Virus record (IMG/VR): IMGVR_UViG_3300020045_019965
Coordinates: 1-24,228 of that record
Reading direction: 5' to 3' (one strand)
Source of the DNA: a virus
Lineage: Duplodnaviria > Caudoviricetes
DNA: 24,228 nucleotides
The notes below the pieces were generated by a model. That model was given only the letters and a program-made list of their open reading frames with translations, searched no databases and was not told the origin of the DNA. Position 1 is the first letter of the stretch. Each line of letters begins with the position of its first letter. Shown here in pieces: positions 15,146 through 24,076 of this stretch. The position numbers and the translations under genes were made by a program.

Positions 15146-15686
15146 TGTGCTGCTTTTTGTAGATGACAAACCACAGGAACCAAATAAGGATACATGCACC
15201 AATGGCAAGCCCTACCCAGAACTGCACCGTAGTAGCCGCGCCCTTGCGCTGTGTAACCTTTGTAGCTATTACCTGATCTATGGCTATTTGTTTGCCCGTA
15301 GCGGCTTTGCTGTGTGTAATGGCAATACGTACCAGGGTATCACTTTTTTTACCGGTCTCGGTGCTATGTTGTGTACCCTGGGTTGTATTCCATGAATAGG
15401 TACCGTTTTGTACGGTGGTGGTTTTGCCTTCCGGGCTGGTAATAAGCATAGGCTTATCCGGGTTTATAGGGGTTAGCGTACCGCCGCCCGTGGTGTAGGC
15501 GTTGGTAGCTTCGCGCTTTTCTTCTTCATGGCTGGCGGCATGATCTGCTGTAGCAGCATCTGCAACTATGATAGCAGTATCTTTACCAGTAAAGTTTAGC
15601 GCGGTGCTGGATTTTGAAGTATGGCGTGTGCCGCAGCTGCTTACAATAAAGGCAAAACAGGCTACGGCTTTAATTAGGTTTTTCAT
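15132..15686 (-). CDS. Unimolecular spanin (u-spanin)
   Basis: N-terminal lipoprotein signal with lipobox VSS-C18, a Thr/Ser-rich periplasmic part and a C-terminal TM helix FWVGLAIGACILIWFLWFVIY-KK. It directly follows the endolysin. Confidence 0.82.
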   Translation of the reverse strand: MKNLIKAVACFAFIVSSCGTRHTSKSSTALNFTGKDTAIIVADAATADHAASHEEEKREATNAYTTGGGTLTPINPDKPMLITSPEGKTTTVQNGTYSWNTTQGTQHSTETGKKSDTLVRIAITHSKAATGKQIAIDQVIATKVTQRKGAATTVQFWVGLAIGACILIWFLWFVIYKKQHNENS

Positions 15687-15696
15687 AGTGTTATAT

Positions 15697-16083
15697 TTAT
15701 CCGTTCCAGCGGGCGCGTGTACCCCTGATATCGTAGTGTGTAAATGTTTTGTACCTACCGATGCCGCCCTGCTTCATTTTACCTTCGGCAATAAGGCGTT
15801 CTATGGCATCGGCAATAGCAGCAGGCGCGATGCCATCTACATGAAGATCGGCAGCACGGCCATAAAGATGCTGGCTCACTTTGCTGTGCCCGGGCTGTTT
15901 TTCATTATGTGCTACCGTACGGTACCCGCTGTTAATTCGGATGCTAACGCCCAAATGGTCGCGCAGTACCTGAAGGTTTTGCGCCAGTTCTTTAACGTTA
16001 GTGAGCGCGCTGCCTGTGGGCAATGTATGGGCAGCATCATTACAGGCAAATTCCTGAAGGGTGAAGTTTTTAGTTATTTTCAT
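15697..16083 (-). CDS. Endolysin, peptidase M15A (Zn D-Ala-D-Ala peptidase fold), 128 aa
   Basis: MKITKNFTLQEFAC start (ATG 16083, 1 nt after the holin stop); INSGYR, SQHLYGRAAD and FTHYDIRG zinc-ligand motifs. Confidence 0.93.
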   Translation of the reverse strand: MKITKNFTLQEFACNDAAHTLPTGSALTNVKELAQNLQVLRDHLGVSIRINSGYRTVAHNEKQPGHSKVSQHLYGRAADLHVDGIAPAAIADAIERLIAEGKMKQGGIGRYKTFTHYDIRGTRARWNG

Positions 16084-16084
16084 A

Positions 16085-16384
16085 TTATTCTTGTTTTGAA
16101 CCAAATTTGTTAATAAAATAGAGGTAAATCGTTTCGACGGCCTTAAGCCCTCCATAGCCCAGCAGAAAGCCAATGCCATACAGTACGTCATCGCCCAGGT
16201 CAAGCCAGCGGCCTACTAATGGGGTCAGGTAGTTAGCAGCAAACCCTCCTGACATAACCGAAATAAATTTTTGCCATTTATTAAGGTTGGTACTTTTTGT
16301 AAGTGAGGCAATACCCCCTGCAAAACCTGCCAAAAGCAGGATTACATCTAATCCTAAGTATTTTAATAATTCTATAATTTTCAT
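16085..16384 (-). CDS. Holin (99 aa, about three hydrophobic segments)
   Basis: Small multi-TM protein (LLLAGFAGGIASL; SGGFAANYLTPLV; YGIGFLLGYGGL) immediately upstream of the endolysin. Confidence 0.82.
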   Translation of the reverse strand: MKIIELLKYLGLDVILLLAGFAGGIASLTKSTNLNKWQKFISVMSGGFAANYLTPLVGRWLDLGDDVLYGIGFLLGYGGLKAVETIYLYFINKFGSKQE

Positions 16385-16614
16385 AGTATTTCGCTTTCAT
16401 ACGCCGCCTGCTCTTCGGGCGTTGCATCGTTAATAATTTCGCCCGTCTCTTCTACGATAACAGGTTTTGCCCAGGGCTCCATTACAATAAGATCGGTAAG
16501 GCCATAGCCCTGCGCTTCCAGTTCATCCTTACGCGCCTGCAGGCTCTCATCTTCAATATCTTCGCCCCACATTATTACACCTGTTGCGAGTTCGTAAATT
16601 CTCCAGCTTTTCAT
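16381..16614 (-). CDS. Small acidic protein after the tail fibre (possible fibre chaperone), 77 aa
   Basis: Tightly coupled between tail fibre and holin; C-terminal ATPEE motif. Function is inferred from position. Confidence 0.6.
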   Translation of the reverse strand: MKSWRIYELATGVIMWGEDIEDESLQARKDELEAQGYGLTDLIVMEPWAKPVIVEETGEIINDATPEEQAAYESEIL

Positions 16615-16615
16615 A

Positions 16616-19267
16616 TTAGATCTCTTTATTATTAACTATAGAAAACGACATTAGCGTAATATCATCGGCAGCGCTTGCCAGTTGTCCTGTAATGAAAATA
16701 TAATTTGTAACGGCCGGATTAAAGGATACAGAAGATATAGCCGCAGTACTTACCGCAGTATCAGTTAAAGCTGTTAGCCCTGTAGAACGTATTACCGAGC
16801 CTGTAAAATCTAATTTCGTACGTTCGAACGGTGCATACCTGGATGTTGCCGCTACAGTACCGCTTGCAATAGTAGAAGCCCCGGTAAGTGTGTTTGATGT
16901 GTTTGTTTTTATACGTATCGACTTGGTTGATGCAAGGCCCGTTGCGCTTACCATAGTCGAAAGATCCAAACGAAGCATACCTTTAGATACCGTGTTTGCA
17001 GGTACGGTTATTACAGCCAGTATTTTTTCTGTTGTACCATCGACCGAACCTATTACACTATCAGAAAGGCCTGCTTTTGAAGCAACGACCTTTGGTACGG
17101 TTGAGTGAACAGCCGCTGTGTACAAAGGGTCAATACTGATTACAGGTGCTACAGTTCCGTTTGTTACTATTATTTCTCCTGCTGCACCTGCCACAGAAGC
17201 AATACCACTACCTGTAATATCTCCTTCGCCTCTTATTGATTGCCCGTTAACGGTTTTAAACGTTAAATCATCCTTAAAATCAGTTAGGTATATTTTCTGT
17301 TTTTCCTTTTCAACTTTATTAGGAGGCGTACCTGTAGATGAGTAATTTTCTATAACCTTTTGGAACGTTGTGAAATCATCATACTTGCACGTCCAAAGCC
17401 CTGCTGTTGCAGAACCTTCTCCATTTAACCATATTTCCCCATATCGGGTAATAGTATTGTCGTTAGTAAACTGATTCGTTAGCGGAATACTTTCCTCCAA
17501 TGATAGCGTTGCGGCATTTATTCTAATTAAAAGTTTATTTGCTTCAGTTGTTCCTGTAGTATGATAAATCAATTTTCCGTTAAAAACACTTATCCAGTGA
17601 GGTATCGGGTTAGACGGATACACCGCGCCGGTACTAACATCAAGTCCTGTAACTTCGCGCTTTATTTGTAACGTGTTCATATCGCAAACAATTACCCCTG
17701 TTTGGTTACGCGTAATATCACTTGAAGCGTTAACGGTAGGGATATAGGCTTCATCATTATAAATTACAAAAGGTGTATTTTGGTATATCCTACGCCCTAC
17801 CGACTCCGTACCTGCAATGTTTATCTTTTCAAAATTTGTTAAATTTTCATCAACCCTTATAAAATACGACACGAAAGCGTTAGACGCGCTAACACCGCTG
17901 GTCATTAGCATATACAGTTTATTTTTGTAAGCAGTTATATATGTTGTAGCGCCTAAAAAAGGCACGGCAACAACTTCATAATCGCTTAAGTCGTAAAGGT
18001 TTGCTTTTACTACCTGTGTTGCTATGGTAGAAGATGATGTTCGGGTGCATAAGTAAAAGAAACCCCTATGTAAAACCGACCCGTGAAGTCTTGCAGACGT
18101 AACGCCGGTAATTGTTACACCTTCCAGCAATTGAAACTGATAAGTACCAACCGTCAGAACGTTCTTTATTATTTTACAATTCCTTAGAGCCAATAAGTAA
18201 AATTTATCCTCACCCTCAATATAGGATCTGCCCTGTATAAAAATATCATTATCAATATAATCAACCCATCCAAAATCTATAGAGGCTGGTAAATAAGAAC
18301 TCAAATCTAAATACCTGTACTCGTCTGTTTTATACATCAACGTCTTAGGAGATACAGACTGAGATAAAGTAGACAGGAAAAAATCTTTTGGTAAATCTTT
18401 TGGCAGGGCTTCGATATCACTTACCATGGCAAAAGTATCATCAGCGGGCTTTGCAGGGACTGTATGTGTTACGGTTTCCGGATTATCTGCTGGTAATGCT
18501 TCAAATTCAATTCGCGCCTTTTTACCAACTGCCTGTTTGCTTTCAATGCCTCTGCCATCAACGTCAATAAAATTGCCTGTTTCAGTATCTAACCACGCCG
18601 TTGTTTGGTCTGTAATTGTAGAACCCGCTGCCATTACCTGATTAGCATTTGGGATGTAGATAGCTGGTGCGGTAGTATCGGGACCTGCCTCAAAATTAGC
18701 ACTGGTAAGCATCGTAGGATAGCTGCCGCCATAGAACCCGTTAGGCCCTTTAAAGTAGACCATGTACGTATGGCCATCATAACTATACCTGAAAAAATAT
18801 ACCAGGTCAGGGTTGCTCAGGTCGCGGTCATCGCTATTGGCTGCAGGAAGGTAATCGGCGGTATTTATAGTACCCAGTTCGATTACTTCAGTATTGCCGC
18901 TACTGGCCACGTCTGCAGGCGTGGCATTTTGAGGGCAGAAGAAAAATATATGATCTTCAGTAACCGGTGTGCCACCGTGGCCCCACTTACCTTTACCAGG
19001 TCGGAAGAGATAAATATACTTACGTACCGGCATCGTACCCAGAACAACAACAGCAATAACTACCGGCGTTTGAATTTCCGAAACGATCAACGTTACGCCA
19101 TTTACCAATATAGCTACCTGGGCTTCGGTTAATGGCTGGCCATCATTATCGGTTACTGTAAAAGATATATCTGCAAGCTTATTGTTTTGCTGAAATTCAA
19201 CCCCCGGGTTATCGCCATTATCTTCGCACCCGCATGCTGCATTTGTTGATGTAGTGTGTACTCCCAT
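16616..19267 (-). CDS. Tail fibre / receptor-binding-like protein (883 aa)
   Basis: Modular protein with a central beta-rich, propeller-like region, the fibre motifs FKTVNGQSIRGEGDI and SVAG..GEIIVTNGTVAPVIS, and a Ser/Thr-rich beta C-terminal domain. Confidence 0.7.
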   Translation of the reverse strand: MGVHTTSTNAACGCEDNGDNPGVEFQQNNKLADISFTVTDNDGQPLTEAQVAILVNGVTLIVSEIQTPVVIAVVVLGTMPVRKYIYLFRPGKGKWGHGGTPVTEDHIFFFCPQNATPADVASSGNTEVIELGTINTADYLPAANSDDRDLSNPDLVYFFRYSYDGHTYMVYFKGPNGFYGGSYPTMLTSANFEAGPDTTAPAIYIPNANQVMAAGSTITDQTTAWLDTETGNFIDVDGRGIESKQAVGKKARIEFEALPADNPETVTHTVPAKPADDTFAMVSDIEALPKDLPKDFFLSTLSQSVSPKTLMYKTDEYRYLDLSSYLPASIDFGWVDYIDNDIFIQGRSYIEGEDKFYLLALRNCKIIKNVLTVGTYQFQLLEGVTITGVTSARLHGSVLHRGFFYLCTRTSSSTIATQVVKANLYDLSDYEVVAVPFLGATTYITAYKNKLYMLMTSGVSASNAFVSYFIRVDENLTNFEKINIAGTESVGRRIYQNTPFVIYNDEAYIPTVNASSDITRNQTGVIVCDMNTLQIKREVTGLDVSTGAVYPSNPIPHWISVFNGKLIYHTTGTTEANKLLIRINAATLSLEESIPLTNQFTNDNTITRYGEIWLNGEGSATAGLWTCKYDDFTTFQKVIENYSSTGTPPNKVEKEKQKIYLTDFKDDLTFKTVNGQSIRGEGDITGSGIASVAGAAGEIIVTNGTVAPVISIDPLYTAAVHSTVPKVVASKAGLSDSVIGSVDGTTEKILAVITVPANTVSKGMLRLDLSTMVSATGLASTKSIRIKTNTSNTLTGASTIASGTVAATSRYAPFERTKLDFTGSVIRSTGLTALTDTAVSTAAISSVSFNPAVTNYIFITGQLASAADDITLMSFSIVNNKEI

Positions 19268-19271
19268 GCCT

Positions 19272-19307
19272 CAAAATTGATGTATTTATGATTTTTTAAA
19301 TAGGACA
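19272..19307 (-). promoter_or_regulatory. Late-promoter motif copy 3 (TGTCCTA-N21-CAATTTTG), ATG 4 nt downstream
   Basis: Heptamer at 19307-19301, -7-like box at 19279-19272, start codon at 19267. Confidence 0.75.
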
Positions 19308-19312
19308 GTGTT

Positions 19313-20242
19313 TTACATTCCAAAAACAGCATTATTCACGTTGGGCGTGCGCACAGTGTTTGCCGTGGCAGGGAGCGCGTTAGGGTAATCTGTGAAAGAA
19401 TTAGGGTTGTCGGATATTAACCTTTTAGCCATAGCCAGATAATTACCTGCATTTTCTTCGGCTTTTCGGGCGGTCGTACTTAAAAAGTCTTTATTCACTT
19501 CCTGCACTTTATCATTAGGCAGCTGGTCAAACTGTATTTTAATGCCGGCAGGGGTAATAACAAACAAGCCCTCTTCGCAAATCTTGGCTACAGTAAAATG
19601 TACAAGGGCTTTTTGCAGGGTTCGTTTAAGACTTGTTTGCACATCATCCAACACACCCGTTTTTAAATGCTGGAGAAGCTCAGCAGAAAAGACATAAAGG
19701 TGCTGGTCTTCGAGTTGCCTTAAAGAAGGCTGTAACGCCAGGTAGGTTTGCCTACTATCAAAAATTGCGTAGTACTTATTAAATGTTGATGTGCTGTTAA
19801 CCAGTAGTTCGGTCTGCTCTGTGTAAAGTTCAGACCCTGCCCAGCCAGGAAATAGCGTTTTGTTTTTTTCCATCAGAGCCAGAAGCATATCCATAGCCGT
19901 ATGACCTGCTTTTAAAAAACCGCGCCTGATATCATTTTGCTGCTGCCATCCTACAGGCTGACGTTTTTCATTTACAGTACTTGCAGGGCCGCTGCTGTCT
20001 ATTTGTACACTGCCTACAGGAAAATAAATGTAAAATGCGAAGTTTGTAAGGGCTGATTGCAGGTAATACCGCGCCTTGTTTAGTACATCTGCGCCTATCG
20101 CGGTAGCTTCATCAGCTAAAACTACATGTAGATCGCCTACATAACGGGCAGTATATTGGTCTACAGCCATGGTAATGTACGGTTCAATGGCCTCAAAAGG
20201 AAAGGATTTCATTACAGACACGTGTTTTTTTATGTCTTCTAT
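19313..20242 (-). CDS. DUF6712-like phage protein (probable head-tail adaptor) lacking its first six codons
   Basis: Similarity to the copy starting at 22080 (MAILST-IEDIKKHVSVMKSF) extends to 20242 and then breaks, so the true ATG is missing. The gene normally follows the portal, as at 22080. Confidence 0.7.
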   Translation of the reverse strand: MEDIKKHVSVMKSFPFEAIEPYITMAVDQYTARYVGDLHVVLADEATAIGADVLNKARYYLQSALTNFAFYIYFPVGSVQIDSSGPASTVNEKRQPVGWQQQNDIRRGFLKAGHTAMDMLLALMEKNKTLFPGWAGSELYTEQTELLVNSTSTFNKYYAIFDSRQTYLALQPSLRQLEDQHLYVFSAELLQHLKTGVLDDVQTSLKRTLQKALVHFTVAKICEEGLFVITPAGIKIQFDQLPNDKVQEVNKDFLSTTARKAEENAGNYLAMAKRLISDNPNSFTDYPNALPATANTVRTPNVNNAVFGM

Positions 20243-20349
20243 CTGAAAATATAATAATTAATGGTTTTTTCAGGTGTCATATAATTGATAAAAAGCGCCT
20301 TAACACATTTTAGGCTATAATAACCATCGTTTTAAGCATCGCAAATTCA

Positions 20350-20385
20350 TGTCCTATTAAAAAGAGGCGGCAATTAGGAATTTAG
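20350..20385 (+). promoter_or_regulatory. Late-promoter motif copy 4 (TGTCCTA-N21-GAATTTAG), ATG 4 nt downstream
   Basis: Heptamer at 20350-20356, -7-like box at 20378-20385, start codon at 20390. Confidence 0.75.
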
Positions 20386-20389
20386 CAGC

Positions 20390-20740
20390 ATGGAAAATGT
20401 TACAATTTCTTTAAAAGATGCTCTGGAAATATTTAGCCTCCGGGATAAATTCGGCGCGCCCGTGCCTTTCGACATCAGCGTGTACACATTCAGCCGTACC
20501 AAGAAAACAGGCGGTGAGCTTAAAGAATACCATAACGCAACCTACCTGCCGTCTGCATCAGGTGAAAAACAAATCGTGGACACCCTCGAAAACATTTTAG
20601 ATCCTATAAAGATTGCCCGAGACCCTAATCATCACGACAATTTTACACGCAATCTTCAATTAAATGATGGTTTAGGCGGCATCAAAAAGATCAACATTCT
20701 GTTTATCGATACCATTAACAATAAAAAAGTTATTTACTAA
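20390..20740 (+). CDS. Hypothetical phage protein upstream of the portal (116 aa)
   Basis: TAATG coupling to the portal gene; RDPNHHDNFTRN...INILFIDTINNKKV motif. Confidence 0.75.
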   Translation: MENVTISLKDALEIFSLRDKFGAPVPFDISVYTFSRTKKTGGELKEYHNATYLPSASGEKQIVDTLENILDPIKIARDPNHHDNFTRNLQLNDGLGGIKKINILFIDTINNKKVIY

Positions 20741-22080
20741 TGAAAGATGTCATAGTAAGAAGTATACCAAACGGCATCGCGGCCGCTAAATCAAGTGGAA
20801 ATGCAGGGGTTGATATCGTTACCACTGTTCAGTTAGAGGTCAAAGATAAATCCAGTGGTATTTTAGTATCGTGGGGCAAGAATAACGACATCCCGCAGCA
20901 GATATTTGCCCAGGCAAAACAAAATGGTAGTGTTAGTAATGCTCTGCGTATTAACCGAAAGGCCCATTACGGTAAAGGCTTTATACTTTATCGCATTAAT
21001 ACCAGTACCGGCAAAAAGGAAATTGAAGTAATAGGCGATGATGATGCCTCGGCTAATGCTATTTTTGAACTGTTCAGAAAATCACAGATGCCGAAATTCT
21101 GGCGTGAAACTATTGCCGACTTAGAGGCCTGGTCTATTGCATTCCCGGAATACATCCTTAGCGAAAATTTTGAAACGATCAACCGGGTTAACCGTCAGAA
21201 AGCTGCATGGTGCCGTTTTGAGATACCGGATGAAAACGGAATAATAAATCATGTTTATATATCTCAAAAATTTGGCCGCGAGGGTGCATCTGTCAGCATT
21301 GACAGCAAATTTGTATCGCAGGTAGATTATATCGATCCTGCATGGAACGCTGAACAGGTTAAGGAGCATTGTAAAAAACATAAGATTAAAAAATTCATTC
21401 GCCCGGTGTTTTACCCTATGGTAGATGAGGCATTCTACCCTAATGCAGAATGGCATTCTATTTTTGAAAGCGGATGGCTGGAAGTTTCAAACTCAGTTCC
21501 GGAATATAAAAAGCACTATTTTAAAAATATGTCTTCGCCTAAATACCAGGCCGATGTAGATGAGCGCTATTTTGAAACCATATACCGTGAGCAGTGGTCA
21601 ACGTTTACGTTTGAGCAGCGCGATGAAATCAGGAAAGCCTTTGATACCGCAATTGTTAATGGTTTGTCGGGTAATGAAAATGCAGGTAAGCTGATCAGGG
21701 GCATTATGCTTGTTGATGATAAAGGCCAGCCATACCCTACCCTCACCATCAAGGCCATCGAAGATGGTACTAAAGACGGCCAGTACCTTGCAGAGGCAGA
21801 ATCTGCGAACGGCGAAATTTATGCAGCCCTTGGTGTAGACGCCTCAATGACCACAGGCGGGGTGCCGGGCGGTAAGCTTGGTGCAGGCAGTGGTAGCGAT
21901 AAGCGCGAAGCCTTTAATATACTACAGGAGCTTAAGGCCTCAGACCGCGAAACTACCTTAGAGATTTTCGACTTTATGAAAGAATACAATGCCTATCCTG
22001 CTGACATCAAAGGCGGGTTTGAAAACATTGTGCTCACTACCCTTGATGTTAACCCTACCGGAATCCAAAAAGCAATATAA
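20740..22080 (+). CDS. Phage portal protein (446 aa)
   Basis: Size and the motifs WGKNNDIPQ, FYPNAEW, LSGNENAGK, I..ALGVD and GSGSDKREAF are typical of Bacteroidetes prophage portals. Confidence 0.78.
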   Translation: MKDVIVRSIPNGIAAAKSSGNAGVDIVTTVQLEVKDKSSGILVSWGKNNDIPQQIFAQAKQNGSVSNALRINRKAHYGKGFILYRINTSTGKKEIEVIGDDDASANAIFELFRKSQMPKFWRETIADLEAWSIAFPEYILSENFETINRVNRQKAAWCRFEIPDENGIINHVYISQKFGREGASVSIDSKFVSQVDYIDPAWNAEQVKEHCKKHKIKKFIRPVFYPMVDEAFYPNAEWHSIFESGWLEVSNSVPEYKKHYFKNMSSPKYQADVDERYFETIYREQWSTFTFEQRDEIRKAFDTAIVNGLSGNENAGKLIRGIMLVDDKGQPYPTLTIKAIEDGTKDGQYLAEAESANGEIYAALGVDASMTTGGVPGGKLGAGSGSDKREAFNILQELKASDRETTLEIFDFMKEYNAYPADIKGGFENIVLTTLDVNPTGIQKAI

Positions 22081-22421
22081 TGGCTATACTTTCTACCATA
22101 GAAGACATAAAAAAACATGTGTCTGTAATGAAATCTTTTCCTTTTGAGGCCATTGAGCCTTACATTACCATGGCTGTAGACCAGTATACAGCCCGTTATG
22201 TTGGCGATTTACATGTGGTTCTAGCAGATGAAGCCATCGGTGTAGATGCAGTCGTACTCAATAAGGCGCGGTATTACCTGCAATCAGCCCTTACAAACTT
22301 CGCATTTTACCTTTATTTTCCTGTAGGCAGTGTGCAAATAGATAGCAGCGGCCCTGCAAGTAGTGTAAATGAAAAACGCCAGCCTGTAGGATGGCAGCAG
22401 CAGAATGATATAAGGCGCGGT
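22080..22421 (+). pseudogene. N-terminal fragment of a second, diverged DUF6712-like allele
   Basis: Near-identical protein to 19313..20242 up to NDIRRG, then joined to inverted tail-fibre sequence. Confidence 0.85.
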
Positions 22422-23616
22422 GCAATTCATTACCGTGCAGGCGTGGAGACGAAACGCCATCGATGGTAACACCTTCAAGCAATTGGAATTGAGAACTACC
22501 AACCGTCAAAACATTCTTTACTATTCCGCAATCCCTGAGCGCTAAATAATAAAATTTATTATCCGTCAATGATCGGCCTTGTATAAAAATATCGTTATCA
22601 ATATAATCTATCCATCCAAAATCTATAGAGGCAGGCGGTAAATAAGCACTTAAATCAAGATACCGGTTTTCGTCCGTGGTGTACATAATTGTTTTAGGCA
22701 GCACAGACTGAGAAAGAACAGCCAAACGTAAATCTTTCGGCAAATCTTTTGGCAGGGCTTCGATATCGCTTAGCATTGCGTGCGTATCATCCTGATCTTT
22801 TACAGGATATTTATACTTTACAAGGTCAGGGTTGCTGCCGGGAATGGCGGGAAATTCAACTAAGAATTTTTTACCATTGGCCTGTTTGCTTTCAAGACCT
22901 TCAGAACTCACAACAATGCGATTACCGTTTTCAGGATCTACCCACGATGTGGATTTGCCAAATATGTCTGCGCCTTCCTGCATCACTTCATCGGCATTCG
23001 GGATGTAGATAGCAGGTGCGGTAGTATCGGGACCCGCCTCAAAATTAGCGCTGGTAAGCATGGTAGGATAGCTGCCGCCATAGAACCCATTAGGCCCTTT
23101 AAAATAGACCATGTAAGTATGGCCGTCATAACTGTACCTGAAAAAATATACCAGGTCAGGGTTGCTCAGGTCGCGGTCATCGCTATTGGCTGCAGGAAGG
23201 TAGTCGGCAGTAGATAAGGTGTTCAGCTCGATCACTTCAGTATTGCCACTATTGGCCACATCTGCCGGGGTGGCATTCTGCGGGCAAAGGAAAAATATAT
23301 GATCTTCAGTAACCGGTGTGCCACCGTTGCCCCACTTACCTTTACCAGGGCGGAACAAATAAATATATTTACGCACGGGAACCGCGCCCAGGACAACGAC
23401 CGCAATAACTACAGGTGTCTGTACTTCCGAAACAATTAAAGTAAGGCCGTTAACTAATGTAGCAACGTCGCCCGCGGTTAAGGGCTCACCATCATTATCT
23501 GTTACCGTAAAAGATATATCTGCAAGCTTATTGTTCTGCTGAAATTCTACACCAGGATTTTCAGTGTCTCCGTTGCATCCGCATTCGCTATTGTTAGCGG
23601 TTGTATGTATTCCCAT
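22416..23616 (-). pseudogene. N-terminal ~400 aa of a second, diverged tail-fibre allele
   Basis: Aligns with 16616..19267 from MG(I/V)HTT to RLHG..LHR and is truncated at the junction 22416-22421. Confidence 0.85.
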
Positions 23617-23620
23617 GCCT

Positions 23621-23656
23621 CAAAATTGATGTATTTATGATTTTTTAAATAGGACA
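23621..23656 (-). promoter_or_regulatory. Late-promoter motif copy 5 (homologue of copy 3)
   Basis: Identical to 19272-19307 although the flanking codons carry many synonymous changes. Confidence 0.75.
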
Positions 23657-23662
23657 GTGTTT

Positions 23663-24076
23663 TTACATTCCAAAAACAGCATTATTCACATTGGGTGCGC
23701 GCACAATATTTACCGTAACAGTAAGCGAGTTAGGGTAATCTGTGAAAAAATCAGGGTTATCAGATATTAATCTTTTAGCCATAGCCAGATAATTTCCTGC
23801 GTTTTCTTCAGCTTTTCGGGCGGTCGTATTTAAAAAGTCCTTATTAACTTCCTGCACCTTATCATTAGGCAGTTGGTCAAACTGTATTTTAATACCGGCA
23901 GGGGTAATAACAAACAGGCCCTCTTCGCAAACCTTGGCTACCGTAAAATGTACAAGGGCTTTTTGCAGGGTTCGTTTCAGACTGGTTTGCACATCATCCA
24001 ACACACCCGTTTTTAAATGCTGAAGAAGATCACCAGAAAAAACATAAAGGTGCTGGTCTTCGAGTTGCCTTAAAGA
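23663..24076 (-). pseudogene. C-terminal fragment of a diverged DUF6712-like allele
   Basis: Aligns to 19313-19726 (SLRQLEDQHLY...NNAVFGM); the 5' part is replaced at the junction 24070-24076. Confidence 0.85.

Noticed and set aside
16616-24076. Invertase-driven tail-fibre switching (Gin/Cin or shufflon type)
   Set aside because: The junctions share no recombination-site consensus, break portal and adaptor genes, and duplicate the constant N-terminus rather than alternative C-termini. No invertase gene is present.
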